Assembly: GCA_020059915.1 (NCBI GenBank)
Contig: JAGVBB010000004.1
Location: 2,910 to 66,909 of the forward strand
DNA length: 64,000 nucleotides
Origin: Minisyncoccota bacterium
Lineage (GTDB): Bacteria > Patescibacteriota > Minisyncoccia > UBA6257 > GWB1-50-10
Direction: 5' to 3'
The notes beneath the pieces were generated by a model, which saw only the letters and a list, made by a program, of their open reading frames with translations, was not told the origin of the DNA and did no database searches. The position numbers and the translations under genes were made by a program. Positions 38,066 to 48,658 of this stretch are shown here, one piece after another. Numbering within the stretch: the first letter of the stretch is position 1; each line of letters starts with the position of its first letter.

Positions 38066-40000
38066 TTATTCCTCGTTACTTAATTTTGATAGTGCCTCCG
38101 ACAATGCAGATTGGAGATCTGCCATGTGTAACCCCCCCGCTGGTACCGCATCAATATGTTCCTCTGACTTATCATTCTTAAGAGACGACAAGCTCATTGT
38201 TTTTTTATCTTCTTCCTCAACAACGGGAGAAAATTTTGGATTATCAAAGATTGATGACTTTTTGGGAATTTCTTTTTTTGTTGCTTGATCATTCTTTGTA
38301 ACACGAGAAAAATTCTTTGGGGTCAATGAACCATACTGACTATGATTTTTTTCTTTATTATACGGACGATGGTCATGTTGCCTTTCTTCTTTGCGCTGGA
38401 AATTATTCTTTGCACCTTCCTTGGTATCCTTTTTTTCGGATTGTTTGTATTCAAATTCAATCCCCAGTTTTGCAAGTTCATCAGTATGTTTTGATTGCGG
38501 GGCACGTTCACGCGAAAGATTCTCTGGCATAACACGAATCGGCTCCAACTCCCCCGCCTTTACCTTTCCATAACAGTCGGGACAATATACTGGCCTTCCT
38601 GAAATTGGAGTAAACGGAAGACGTACATGCTTTCCACAAACCATGCAATCCACCTCATTATCACTCTTTTCCCCATCGCCACCAGCATTATCATATCTTC
38701 CCGAAACACCACTCCAAGACATAATATCCTGTTCAACACTCCATGCCTGCTTGGTATATATTTTTCGTGAATTGGTAATAACCGCGTGTTCAATATCACT
38801 TGATGATTTTAATTTAAATGGGGGAAGTGTTTGTGCGGAAAATGGACGACTGCGATATCCATCAACAAGAAGTTTCAAATAAATATTATAATTGGGAAGA
38901 TTCACCATATCGGTTGGCGTGAATTCCGGTTCGAATTCCTTGGAAAGAAATTCCGCATCAGACGCGCCAACACGAAACATGAGCATAGTACCAACGTTTC
39001 CAAATACCGCATCACGCACCACGGTTGAATTGTTTGTAGTAAGTTGCCCAATATACTGATGCGCAAGAATAAGATTCAAGCGATACTTTCGTGCTTCGGA
39101 AAGGATGTTAGCAAAAGAATCAGTCGCAAAGTTTTGGAATTCGTCTACGTGGAGATAAAAATCAACACGTTCGTCTTCAGGAATACGCACGCGTTCCATT
39201 GCCGCGAGCTGGATTTTTGTAATAAGCATCGCCCCCAAAAGTGCCGAGTTATCCTCTCCAATTCTTCCTTTTGAAACATTGACTAAGAAAATCTTTCCCT
39301 CATTCATGATATCCAACACATTAATAGTACTTTTTGTTTGTCCTACAATGTTTCGCACAATAGGTGTCGAGAGAAATTGTCCTACTTTATTTTGAATAGG
39401 AGCAATTGCTTCATTTCTGAATTGGTCTTTCCACTCCTCAAACTCATTAATCCAGAACGCTTTTACGACCGGATCTTTTACATTTGCAATTATTTTCTGA
39501 CGATAATCTTTATCAACCAAAATTCTTGTAATACCAAGCAAGGTCGTTCCGGGAGTATCAAGCAATGCCAAAATTGCATTGTTCATAATATATTCCATAC
39601 GAGCAGACCACACCCCAGACCAGATTTTGGTAAATATTCCCATAAGACCAGATGCAACTAGGTGTTTGTATTTTGGATCGGGAAGTTCCAAGATATTGAA
39701 TCCAATCGGATAATCAGTGTCAGCAGGATTAAAATACACTACATCTTTAATGCGCTCTTCAGGGATCATCGAAAGCACTCCCTCAACAAGTTCTCCGTGT
39801 GGGTCCACCACACACAATCCCTCACCATTCGCAATATCCTGTATCACAAGGTTGTGCAACAAAGATGACTTACCAGTACCGGATTGCCCAATCACATACA
39901 TATGCTGTCTTCGGTCTTTTCGTTTTACACCAAAAAGCTGATCCTTGTTACGGAAATTGGTACGCCCGAAATATGCGACATCTCGTCTCTCTTCTTCCAT
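38066..40000 (-). CDS. VirD4/TraG-like (HerA/FtsK superfamily) ATPase with CxxC-x17-CxxC domain
   Basis: Walker A GQSGTGKS, VDPHGEL, Walker B YLHVDEFQNF, LSEARKY; CMVC..PVYCPDC. Confidence 0.88.
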   Translation of the reverse strand: MEEERRDVAYFGRTNFRNKDQLFGVKRKDRRQHMYVIGQSGTGKSSLLHNLVIQDIANGEGLCVVDPHGELVEGVLSMIPEERIKDVVYFNPADTDYPIGFNILELPDPKYKHLVASGLMGIFTKIWSGVWSARMEYIMNNAILALLDTPGTTLLGITRILVDKDYRQKIIANVKDPVVKAFWINEFEEWKDQFRNEAIAPIQNKVGQFLSTPIVRNIVGQTKSTINVLDIMNEGKIFLVNVSKGRIGEDNSALLGAMLITKIQLAAMERVRIPEDERVDFYLHVDEFQNFATDSFANILSEARKYRLNLILAHQYIGQLTTNNSTVVRDAVFGNVGTMLMFRVGASDAEFLSKEFEPEFTPTDMVNLPNYNIYLKLLVDGYRSRPFSAQTLPPFKLKSSSDIEHAVITNSRKIYTKQAWSVEQDIMSWSGVSGRYDNAGGDGEKSDNEVDCMVCGKHVRLPFTPISGRPVYCPDCYGKVKAGELEPIRVMPENLSRERAPQSKHTDELAKLGIEFEYKQSEKKDTKEGAKNNFQRKEERQHDHRPYNKEKNHSQYGSLTPKNFSRVTKNDQATKKEIPKKSSIFDNPKFSPVVEEEDKKTMSLSSLKNDKSEEHIDAVPAGGLHMADLQSALSEALSKLSNEE

Positions 40001-40061
40001 CTTTTTCTAATTATACCCTATCTAAATAAAAAAAATGCCCCGTTAGGGGCAAAAATATTAA

Positions 40062-40355
40062 TTATCTGCAAGACATAGATAATTCACGGCGCACAGCAAC
40101 ATTCATTTGCTTCGGTTTTAAATCAAAACTTTTTACTTCTTTTCTTCTAAATCCATATATTGGGTTTTTCGATTTCGAGAAAGATTTTTTTTGATTTGAT
40201 TTTTCTCTGATGCGTGCATTTCTTTTTTCGCGTTCTTCCACGGCACGAGCACGAGTTAGAGCAATTTCTTCCTGACTTAGTAAGGTCTCGACTGGTCTAT
40301 TAGACCCTACGCGATATTTACGGTAAACAATATCTTTTGGCCATTTGCAACTCAT
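40062..40355 (-). CDS. Small basic hypothetical protein (LLSQxE motif)
   Basis: Own TTGACT-17-TATAAT promoter (40419-40391), AGGAG SD, hairpin terminator. Confidence 0.7.
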   Translation of the reverse strand: MSCKWPKDIVYRKYRVGSNRPVETLLSQEEIALTRARAVEEREKRNARIREKSNQKKSFSKSKNPIYGFRRKEVKSFDLKPKQMNVAVRRELSMSCR

Positions 40356-40449
40356 AATATGTCTCCTATTAAAAAGTTAATGATAGTCACATTATAGCAC
40401 CAAATGTAGAAAAAGTCAATGCCCCACATGTGCGGGGCATTTTTTATAG

Positions 40450-40674
40450 TTATTGAATAATTACGAGATTTTCAAGCGATCCCCCCTCCTGAAACACAGA
40501 AAGATGGGAAAACCGATCTTTAATATTCTTTGCGCGTTTGTTGTGTAACTCCCGTGCGAATTTCCTACGTTCTTTCATTTCTGTTTGGGACAACAGGGGG
40601 TCTTCTTTTCTCTCCTCCTTTTTTTTCTTTTTGACCCGTCCATAATCCTTGAAACTTGTTTCGTACACTATCAT
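40450..40674 (-). CDS. Small basic hypothetical protein (LLSQxE motif)
   Basis: AAGGAG SD; AATGCCCC/GGGGCATT terminator follows. Confidence 0.68.
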   Translation of the reverse strand: MIVYETSFKDYGRVKKKKKEERKEDPLLSQTEMKERRKFARELHNKRAKNIKDRFSHLSVFQEGGSLENLVIIQ

Positions 40675-40685
40675 ATATATTCTCC

Positions 40686-40889
40686 TTAAACTGGCTGTAA
40701 TTCTGGATATATTTCCTCGATGCGCTTTGCAACATCGGGAATTATCTTTTTCATCGCTTCACGCGAGATATTTCCGCGTGTTGTTATAAACACATCTTTT
40801 TCGCGATTATATTTTGCGACGATTTTATTTATCGTCCCGCTGGTTCTTAACGGTTGAGTAATCTTCCGTTTATTCCTTATGTCAGACAT
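40686..40889 (-). CDS. Small basic hypothetical protein
   Basis: TTGACA-17-TATTCT promoter (40957-40929), GAACATTAATAA motif, GAGAGG SD. Confidence 0.65.
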   Translation of the reverse strand: MSDIRNKRKITQPLRTSGTINKIVAKYNREKDVFITTRGNISREAMKKIIPDVAKRIEEIYPELQPV

Positions 40890-41205
40890 AGGTTGTTCCT
40901 CTCTATTTATTAATGTTCAACACTAAAAAGAATAACAGAATATCTGCACCGTGTCAACTATTACTCCAGAATCCACTCTTTTATGCAAAATTTCCGTGTA
41001 CTATAAATTTGTTCAGATAAGTAGAAAAAACACAATCTATAGCGAACTCGGCACAAAGCACCTCAAACAACGCTATGGATTATGTTTTTTTAATCTTCTT
41101 CTCTTCACAATTTATACAGCACACTCCAACGTATGCACAAAAGAATGGATTCTTTCGTATGGGCATATATTAGAAACTAGTCTCTAAACCCTAGTCACTA
41201 ACCCC

Positions 41206-43044
41206 CTATTGCAATGTTGCCTTAATACGTCTCACGCCCTGAGAAACCGCCTCCTCTTTCTGAATTTTGAACGTCCCTAAAACTCCTGTATGTTCCACAT
41301 GTGGACCACCACAGATTTCCGCAGAATAATCTCCTACAAAATAAACTTTGATATTGTTTCCAAGTGCTTCGTATTTCTCATCAAAAATTCCCGTTGCTCC
41401 ACGCTTTTTTGCTTCGTCTATCGAAAGTATTTCAAAATGTACCGGTAAATCTTTTTGTATTATCTCATTTACTCGAGCTTCAATTTTCTGTATCTCTTCC
41501 GGAGTAACTTTTACTGGATGTGAAAAATCAAAACGAAGTCGTTCCGCGGTAAGATTGCTCCCCCGTTGTTCCACATGATCTCCCAAAATTTCCCGCATTG
41601 CCTGGAGCATCAAATGCGTTGCGGTATGATATTTCACTACCGCCTCAGAATTATCCGCAAGTCCACCCTTAAACACCCCCGCAGATGCAGTTCGTGAAAG
41701 CTCCTGATGTTTCTTAAATTCTTCATCAAACTCTTCTTCTGGAAATTCTATACTTATCTTTTGATCTTTATTTACTTCATTATTAACCAAATTTGTTATC
41801 GATTTATTTAGTTCTTTTATATCTTCCTTTATCATCTCTTTGGGAAATCCATAACTTTGATAGAGATAAAATGCGTCCTTTCCTGTTATTCTTCCATTTT
41901 TATTGAAAATTTTTCTAAACTCGTCTAGTCCATTTTGTAACGTCCTAGCAAATTTACTTTCTTCTTTTACTAGTTCTTCAACAATAGAATCTTCATTTCT
42001 TTCTAATTCTTTATAAACACCTCTGAAAAGCTTAATTACAACTCTCGCAACTAAACTCGTAAAATGATCTTCTTTTATCCCTATCATTTTTCCATAACGT
42101 ACCGCTCTTCTAATTAATCTTCGCAACACATATCCCTGTCCCACATTTGATGGAATAATTCCTCGCTCATCTCCAAGAATAAACGTCGCAGCACGCAAAT
42201 GATCAGCAATGATTCGCATCGCACGCGTATCTTCTGTATTCTCTCCATATTTCTTTCCTGAAAGTTCTTCAATTTTTTCTATAATTGGTTTGAATGTATC
42301 AATCTGATACATATCACAATTATCATTTAACACAGCAACAGTCCGCTCAAGTCCCATTCCCGTATCAACATTCTTTTGTGCTAAAGGAATATACGTCCCC
42401 TCTTTTGTCTTGTTATATTCCATAAACACATCATTCCAGATCTCAACCCAAAGCGGATCGGTATCGTCAAATTCGTCAAGAACTTTGTTTGGATCTCCCG
42501 TCCAGTAAAACATCTCAGTGTCTGGTCCACATGGCCCCGTTTCTCCTGCGGGTCCCCACCAATTATTTTTCTTTGGGAGTTTTGCAATCCTTTTTTCTGA
42601 AATTCCTAGTGATTTCCACTTTTCAAATGCCTCAGAATCAAATGGTGCATCATTATCTCCTTGAAACACTGAAACTGCCAAAAGATTTTTATCCAAACCG
42701 AGCCATTCTTTAGATGTTAAAAATTCAAAACTATATTCAATTGCCTCTTGCTTAAAGTAGTCACCCAGTGACCAGTTCCCCATCATCTCAAAAAATGTTA
42801 AATGAACATTGTCTCCCACTTCATCAATATCGCCCGTCCTGATGCATTTTTGGATGTTTGTGAGCCGATTCCCTCCAGGATGTTTCTCTCCCAAAAGATA
42901 CGGAACAAGCGGATGCATGCCTGCAGTAGTAAACAGTACCGTTGGATCGTTTTCTGGGATCAACGATGCCGAAGGCATCACGGTGTGTCCTTTAGATTTG
43001 AAAAAATCAAGATATTTTTTTCTAATTTCCTCAGAAGAAATCAT
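41206..43044 (-). CDS. alaS: Alanine--tRNA ligase, short form lacking the C-Ala domain
   Basis: DPTVLFTTAGM, HLTFFEMMGN, GPCGP, DTGMGLER, HTATH, CGGPH; start ATG 43044. Confidence 0.96.
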   Translation of the reverse strand: MISSEEIRKKYLDFFKSKGHTVMPSASLIPENDPTVLFTTAGMHPLVPYLLGEKHPGGNRLTNIQKCIRTGDIDEVGDNVHLTFFEMMGNWSLGDYFKQEAIEYSFEFLTSKEWLGLDKNLLAVSVFQGDNDAPFDSEAFEKWKSLGISEKRIAKLPKKNNWWGPAGETGPCGPDTEMFYWTGDPNKVLDEFDDTDPLWVEIWNDVFMEYNKTKEGTYIPLAQKNVDTGMGLERTVAVLNDNCDMYQIDTFKPIIEKIEELSGKKYGENTEDTRAMRIIADHLRAATFILGDERGIIPSNVGQGYVLRRLIRRAVRYGKMIGIKEDHFTSLVARVVIKLFRGVYKELERNEDSIVEELVKEESKFARTLQNGLDEFRKIFNKNGRITGKDAFYLYQSYGFPKEMIKEDIKELNKSITNLVNNEVNKDQKISIEFPEEEFDEEFKKHQELSRTASAGVFKGGLADNSEAVVKYHTATHLMLQAMREILGDHVEQRGSNLTAERLRFDFSHPVKVTPEEIQKIEARVNEIIQKDLPVHFEILSIDEAKKRGATGIFDEKYEALGNNIKVYFVGDYSAEICGGPHVEHTGVLGTFKIQKEEAVSQGVRRIKATLQ

Positions 43045-43110
43045 ATGTATAATAGTACGGAAAAGAGTAAAAATAGACAAATCCCACATCTTTTAGAAAA
43101 AGGTATAAGA

Positions 43111-43167
43111 TTGACAAAATACATATTTTAATATATAATTATTACATCATTAATAACTGGAGTTTTT
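43111..43167 (+). promoter_or_regulatory. Cassette leader: perfect-consensus sigma70 promoter, boxA-like motif, SD
   Basis: TTGACA-17-TATAAT (43111-43139), CATCATTAATAA (43145-43156), GGAG. Confidence 0.8.
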
Positions 43168-43392
43168 ATGAAGATTGGGTATATCGTCCACATAGATGAC
43201 GATGCAACCTATGTATATCTTCCTGGAGAAGATGACCTTCCTATAAAAAAAATTAAAAATTCCGGAAAATCATTTCTGGATAAAATCGAAGACGTAAAAA
43301 CATTTCTTAAAGAGGAACGTGGTGTTAAATATATTGATGAACCCAAAATTACGTCAAAAAGGAAGATTGAAATCTTCGGAAGTATTATTTAA
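43168..43392 (+). CDS. Small hypothetical protein
   Basis: 74-aa ORF with promoter, SD and a bidirectional TTCCCGC/GCGGGAA terminator. Confidence 0.7.
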   Translation: MKIGYIVHIDDDATYVYLPGEDDLPIKKIKNSGKSFLDKIEDVKTFLKEERGVKYIDEPKITSKRKIEIFGSII

Positions 43393-43425
43393 AAAATTCC
43401 CGCTATATACGCGGGAATAATTTTT

Positions 43426-43677
43426 TTAGACAAGATGTGTCGCCATTTCTTTTGGAATCGAGATAAGTCCGTTACTGCCAAAAAAATCAATGACCTTTTC
43501 ATAATAGTAAACGGCATAATTTCTCTTTAGTTTTTTGAGTCCAGAAATAATATCTTCTGCACGCACAATGAACTTGCCATTTTTTTCTTCTACAACATTG
43601 AGTACCACAGAAACCAATTCATTTCTTAGATCAATGGGAATAAACGGAAGCAGTGGCGCTCCAGTAATTACTATCAT
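43426..43677 (-). CDS. Small hypothetical protein
   Basis: AAGGAGG SD; ATGA overlap with the upstream ORF. Confidence 0.65.
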   Translation of the reverse strand: MIVITGAPLLPFIPIDLRNELVSVVLNVVEEKNGKFIVRAEDIISGLKKLKRNYAVYYYEKVIDFFGSNGLISIPKEMATHLV

Positions 43678-44039
43678 TCGGAACCTCCTTTCTTTTTGTT
43701 TTCTTGAAACATATTATAAATCTCTTCCAAGCGCTCCATAAACCGTGGTCGCTGGAGAATCAATTCAATATCTTCATCTTCCAATAACGTAATACTCCTT
43801 TTTTTTGATGAAGAAGAATTGATAATTTTATAAAACCTCTTTTCACACAAATCAAAAGCTAATGCATCTGCAAATATAAAAATTTCTTTTTCCACATCTT
43901 CGCAAAGACACATTTCTTTTTTCATGCCGTCCGCACATTCACTCAATATATAAAGAACATCTTTAAGCGTTTGAGCGCGAAGCTGTCTTATCTCATCCAA
44001 GAGCCTCCGCGATATAAAAAAATATCCAGAAATTTTCAT
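43674..44039 (-). CDS. Hypothetical protein
   Basis: GGAGG SD; promoter-like TTGCAT-17-CATTAT upstream. Confidence 0.65.
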   Translation of the reverse strand: MKISGYFFISRRLLDEIRQLRAQTLKDVLYILSECADGMKKEMCLCEDVEKEIFIFADALAFDLCEKRFYKIINSSSSKKRSITLLEDEDIELILQRPRFMERLEEIYNMFQENKKKGGSE

Positions 44040-44191
44040 ATTTCCTCCAAATTATGTTGTTTATTAACTGGGTATATAATGCAATATTTACAAAAATAAT
44101 GCAAGTTATTTTATAAGTTTGGGTTTTGTTTAAAAATTGGAAATTAAAAATTCAAAAATTAAATACTCCGCATACAATGCGGAGTATTTTT

Positions 44192-45463
44192 TTAATATCC
44201 CTCCAACTTCTTAATGTCTCTATGATTTCTGATTTTGTCTAATGCCTTCGCCTCAATCTGTCTGATACGTTCTCGAGTAACTCCAAACACTTTTCCTACT
44301 TCCTCAAGGGTATGTGGAATATTATCCTCAAGTCCAAATCGCATGGAAAGAATTTTTCGTTCTCTATCAGTTAAATCAACAAGTACTTCCTTAATTTGAT
44401 CTCGTAATAACGCAGCATTTGCCAACTGATCTGGGCTCATACTGGTCTCATCTTTAATAAAGTCAGAGAGTGTTGAATCCTCATCATCGTCCCCTATTGG
44501 TGTTTCAAGTGAAATAACCTCCTGGGAGATCTTTTGAATATAATGAACTTTTTCAACATCCATGTTCATTTCAGTAGCAATTTCTTCTGGTAACGGTTCA
44601 CGCCCCAGTTCCTGCATCAAGCGACGTTTCGTCTGTGTGTATTTGGTAATCGTCTCAACCATGTGAACAGGAATTCTGATAGTTCTTGAGTAGTCCGCAA
44701 GAGCACGTGTCACTGCCTGACGAATCCACCATGTGGCATAGGTAGAGAATTTAAAACCTCTACGATAATCAAACTTGTCTACTGCACGAGAAAGTCCAAT
44801 ATTTCCTTCTTGCACCAAATCAAGAATAGAAAGGTGTGGGGAACGATTCACATATCGCTTTGCAATAGAAACCACCAAACGTAAGTTTGCTTGAATAAGT
44901 TTTTGTCTCGCCGATTCATCGCCCTCCTCAATTCTTCGCGCAAGCTCGCGTTCCTCTTTCGTATTCAACAATGGCGTTCTTCCAATTTCTTTGAGATACA
45001 TTTGTACTGCATCGGGAAGATCTGCATCAATACGTGTCGCATCCTGAAGTTCTTGATAAGAAATCTCTTCTCGTTCCTTATCAACATTCGTGATAAGGGA
45101 ATTTGTTTCTTTAATTTTAATTCCTTCCTGATCAAGTCGTCCATATACTATCTCAAGAAAAGAAAGATTTTTTTCTATGTTGGGAAAAAAATTCAATATC
45201 TCCGCGTCGGTAACAAAACCACGAACTCGTCCGCGTCGGATAAGGTCGTCCAAGCTTGCCGAATATTCTTCCGGAATAATAAATTGTTTTTTTTCTTTTG
45301 GAGCTGGTTTTCCTGTTTGAACAGGTTTTTTAACGTTCTTTTTTGCTTTTGCTTTCTTTGCCTGCTTCTTTGTTGGAGTCTTTTTTTTCTTCACTATTTT
45401 TGCTGCCTTCTTTACTACCTTCTTTATTTTTTTTGCTGGTTTTTTGTTTTTTATTTTCTTCAT
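44192..45463 (-). CDS. rpoD: Primary sigma factor (sigma70) with Lys/Ala-rich N-terminus
   Basis: [41 protein letters not shown]; downstream of dnaG; start ATG 45463. Confidence 0.95.
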   Translation of the reverse strand: MKKIKNKKPAKKIKKVVKKAAKIVKKKKTPTKKQAKKAKAKKNVKKPVQTGKPAPKEKKQFIIPEEYSASLDDLIRRGRVRGFVTDAEILNFFPNIEKNLSFLEIVYGRLDQEGIKIKETNSLITNVDKEREEISYQELQDATRIDADLPDAVQMYLKEIGRTPLLNTKEERELARRIEEGDESARQKLIQANLRLVVSIAKRYVNRSPHLSILDLVQEGNIGLSRAVDKFDYRRGFKFSTYATWWIRQAVTRALADYSRTIRIPVHMVETITKYTQTKRRLMQELGREPLPEEIATEMNMDVEKVHYIQKISQEVISLETPIGDDDEDSTLSDFIKDETSMSPDQLANAALLRDQIKEVLVDLTDRERKILSMRFGLEDNIPHTLEEVGKVFGVTRERIRQIEAKALDKIRNHRDIKKLEGY

Positions 45464-45465
45464 AA

Positions 45466-47166
45466 TTAAGAGAGTTGATGCATTTTTTGCGTGCACTCTT
45501 GAAATTTCCTTGTCGCCTCAAGGAGCTTTTCCTCATCTCCCACCACTCCTGCTTCTTTAATTTCGCGCTGAAGCGCCTCTCGAATCGCTTTGTAATATTC
45601 GAGTTTGAGCTGCTTGATAAGCTCTAGTGCCTCTTTTTTGAGTTCTTCATGATCTGCCGATCCAAATAAATAAGTTGATTGCATTTGGAATACAGTCGCA
45701 GATTCCGCCCCTGGGTTCTCAAGCACTGAGAGAAACGGCCGAGGCATAAATTCCTTGTTTTCCAACACTATACCCCTAAATTCATCGTTTGTAAACGCAA
45801 GAGATGTTAGCTGTCTTGCTATTATATCTATTCTACGTTCAAACTGATGTTTTTCTTTCATTGGCACCTCTTCTGCCTTTCCATCCTGTTTTTCGTGCTC
45901 AATATGCTCCAATTCTTCCGATAATGATGTCTCCGGAATGCCGGAACTACGGGATAACTCCCGCATCCATTCCGACTGTTCAATGGAACTTTTAATAGTG
46001 GCAAGTATCTCAATAATATGACGAACAACACGTTTTTTTAATGCTAAATCGTTCTTTACTTTCCCTGATGAAAAATATAAATCAAATAAATATTGAAATG
46101 CTGGTTTTGCCGATTCAATGGCATTTTTCATAAACATGAGATCTTTTAACAGTGCATCCGCTGGATCCTTAAATTCTCCCAATGAGATAACCTTTGTGTG
46201 GAAATCAAACTTGTTAAATAGTGTGAGCGTCCGTTCAAGTGCTTTTCTTCCAGCCTCATCATTATCAAAACTTACTATTGCAGTATCCGCCAATCTCCGG
46301 AGTCTTTCTAAATGGTGCTCAGTAAATCCTGTTCCAGAAATCGCAACACAATTTTTTATTCCACACTGCCATGACATAAGAAAATCCATCTGCCCCTCAA
46401 CCACCACGAATGATTTTTCTCTTGCAATATCTCCTTTTGATTTATTAAGTCCATATAACACTTTTGATTTATTAAATACTGGCGATTCTGGACTGTTCAT
46501 ATATTTCGGATTGTCGGGATTTTCTGAAGCAGAACCAAACACACGTCCCGTGAACGCAACTGTCTTGCCAACATGATTTATAATGGGGAACATAATACGG
46601 CTATCAAAACGATCACGATATAGCCCACGAGTGTTTCTGTATACCAAACCAGCACGTAATGCATCGCGGACATCATACTTCTTCTGTATGAGGTGCATAG
46701 ACAAAGATTCACCGCCGGGAGAAAACCCAAGTTCAAATTCTTGAATTGTTTCTTTGGTAAGTCCACGATTCGTTAAATAGGAAATCGCATCTTTGTTGGT
46801 AACAAGGGAATTATAAAAAAATCTTTTTGCTTCTTCGTTGATATCATAGAGAATTCCAAATTCTCGTTGATGTTGTGGATTGACCGAGGCTAATTGCACC
46901 CCCGCCTTCTCTGCAAGAAAACGAAGTGCTTCAGGAAATTCCAAATTCTCATACTTCATTACAAACGTAATGATGTCGCCACCCTCACCACAACCAAAAC
47001 AATGCCATCTTCCTCTATCAGGAGAGACAATAAACGATGGTGTCTTTTCCTGATGAAACGGACAGTTTGCTTTGAAGTTTTTACCAGCAGGAAGCAACGT
47101 AATATATCCACGCAATACGTCTGCAACAGAAAGTCGCTCTTTAATTATGTCTACATCCTTTGGCAT
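45466..47166 (-). CDS. dnaG: DNA primase
   Basis: [11 protein letters not shown]...CFGC zinc domain, [18 protein letters not shown]. Confidence 0.96.
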   Translation of the reverse strand: MPKDVDIIKERLSVADVLRGYITLLPAGKNFKANCPFHQEKTPSFIVSPDRGRWHCFGCGEGGDIITFVMKYENLEFPEALRFLAEKAGVQLASVNPQHQREFGILYDINEEAKRFFYNSLVTNKDAISYLTNRGLTKETIQEFELGFSPGGESLSMHLIQKKYDVRDALRAGLVYRNTRGLYRDRFDSRIMFPIINHVGKTVAFTGRVFGSASENPDNPKYMNSPESPVFNKSKVLYGLNKSKGDIAREKSFVVVEGQMDFLMSWQCGIKNCVAISGTGFTEHHLERLRRLADTAIVSFDNDEAGRKALERTLTLFNKFDFHTKVISLGEFKDPADALLKDLMFMKNAIESAKPAFQYLFDLYFSSGKVKNDLALKKRVVRHIIEILATIKSSIEQSEWMRELSRSSGIPETSLSEELEHIEHEKQDGKAEEVPMKEKHQFERRIDIIARQLTSLAFTNDEFRGIVLENKEFMPRPFLSVLENPGAESATVFQMQSTYLFGSADHEELKKEALELIKQLKLEYYKAIREALQREIKEAGVVGDEEKLLEATRKFQECTQKMHQLS

Positions 47167-47270
47167 GCTGTCTCTAGTGTACCCATATTTTCTTTTCCTA
47201 TACAGTTGAAAAAATATTGGTTTTATAGCATAATAATTTCATTCTTTAATAATACGTGAAAGGAGTATAT

Positions 47271-47888
47271 ATGGGACAAATTATTTCAATTCTCGTCATA
47301 CTCATATTCTCAGCATTTCCAACGGGTCTTGCCCTCGGAAAATTACTTGATGGTCGCGATATACGCACTCTTGGGAGTGGTAATATCGGCGGAACGAACG
47401 TCGGACGCGTTTATGGAAAATTCTGGGGAATTTGGGTTACTATTGTTGACGCCCTTAAAGCTGCTTTTGTTGTGTCATTTTCTGAAACATTAAATATATT
47501 TCAGAATTTCAATTCTGAAGAAATGTTTCTAGCAAAAATCGGTATAGGAATTTTTGTAATACTAATAAATATATTTAATCCGTTCCTTGGTTTTAAAGGC
47601 GGAAAAGGAGTTGCCACAAGCATAGGTGTTCTTGTAGAACTTGATTGGCAAATTGCTGTTTTGTCTTTTGGTGCTTTTCTTCTTATGTTTGCAACACAAA
47701 AATTCAAACGAGATGATCTGTTCAAAGGATCAATAACTGGCGCGTGTACTGCACTTGCCTGCTCTATAGTACTCTTGCGTCCAATTCCAGAAATTATACT
47801 ATTTATTTTTGCTGTTCCACTCATTTTCTATTCACATAGAGATAATATTGATACATACAAAAAATCATTAAAAAAACCCCTCAATTGA
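47271..47888 (+). CDS. plsY: Glycerol-3-phosphate acyltransferase PlsY
   Basis: DIRTLGSGNIGGTNVGR, DALK, FKGGKGVAT, HRDNI; ATG 47271 follows AAGGAG. Confidence 0.88.
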   Translation: MGQIISILVILIFSAFPTGLALGKLLDGRDIRTLGSGNIGGTNVGRVYGKFWGIWVTIVDALKAAFVVSFSETLNIFQNFNSEEMFLAKIGIGIFVILINIFNPFLGFKGGKGVATSIGVLVELDWQIAVLSFGAFLLMFATQKFKRDDLFKGSITGACTALACSIVLLRPIPEIILFIFAVPLIFYSHRDNIDTYKKSLKKPLN

Positions 47889-47894
47889 GGGGTT

Positions 47895-48581
47895 TTAAAA
47901 TACATGGTTAGTCATGAGGATTTTTGGAATTCCTTCTTCCGAAAACGAATATGCGGTCACATTGCAATTTCCCGGATCTTTTCCGCGTTCCCAAAATACA
48001 ACTTCATCATAAGGAAGTGATTCAATTAATCCACGAAAACACGCAATTGTTCCTCCATGGGATACAACAAGTACATTCTTTCCAGAATAACTCCGACACA
48101 ACATTTCAAAAAATGTTGCAACGCGAGTAGTAACTTGAGCAAAACTTTCTCCTCCCGGCGGAACGGCAAAAAAAGAACCAAACAACTTCCAATGTTCTTC
48201 AAGAAAGGGGAAAAATTCTCTTGATTCTTCTGCGGTCATATTAAATGTATAACCACAATCGCGTTCACGAACTAACACGCTTGCCATCACTTCCATATGT
48301 TCGCGTAATTCACGGGGAAATTCTCTTTTCATTCTTTCTAGTGTTTCTTTTGCGCGAAAATAACCAGAATGAATAGCAACATCAAAACTTTTAAATTCTG
48401 ATATTATACTCTTTCCTGTACGCTGTGCTTGATCGCGTCCCTGTGGAGAAAGTGGAATAGTAGAATCAGAATATCCTGAAAGCTTTTTCTTCTCAGATGT
48501 GCTGAGAAAGATATCCTTTTTAACTGTATTTCTCAGTGACTCCGCATGTCGCACCAATACCAACAATTTTGGCGTTTTCAT
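47895..48581 (-). CDS. Histidine phosphatase (phosphoglycerate mutase-like) family protein
   Basis: LVRHAES, RAKET, GGES, VSHGG. Confidence 0.88.
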   Translation of the reverse strand: MKTPKLLVLVRHAESLRNTVKKDIFLSTSEKKKLSGYSDSTIPLSPQGRDQAQRTGKSIISEFKSFDVAIHSGYFRAKETLERMKREFPRELREHMEVMASVLVRERDCGYTFNMTAEESREFFPFLEEHWKLFGSFFAVPPGGESFAQVTTRVATFFEMLCRSYSGKNVLVVSHGGTIACFRGLIESLPYDEVVFWERGKDPGNCNVTAYSFSEEGIPKILMTNHVF

Positions 48582-48658
48582 AAATACCTCTCAATTTTTA
48601 AATATCATAAAAATAATAACAAAAAATACCGCTAAAGTCGCGATATTTTTTAACCATA

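Noticed and set aside
40951-41187. 78-aa plus-strand ORF
   Set aside because: GTG start overlaps the -35 box of the opposite-strand promoter, with no SD or recognisable features; treated as non-coding
41206-43044. Truncated alaS as a pseudogene
   Set aside because: Aminoacylation and editing motifs are intact; a short AlaRS lacking C-Ala fits a reduced genome
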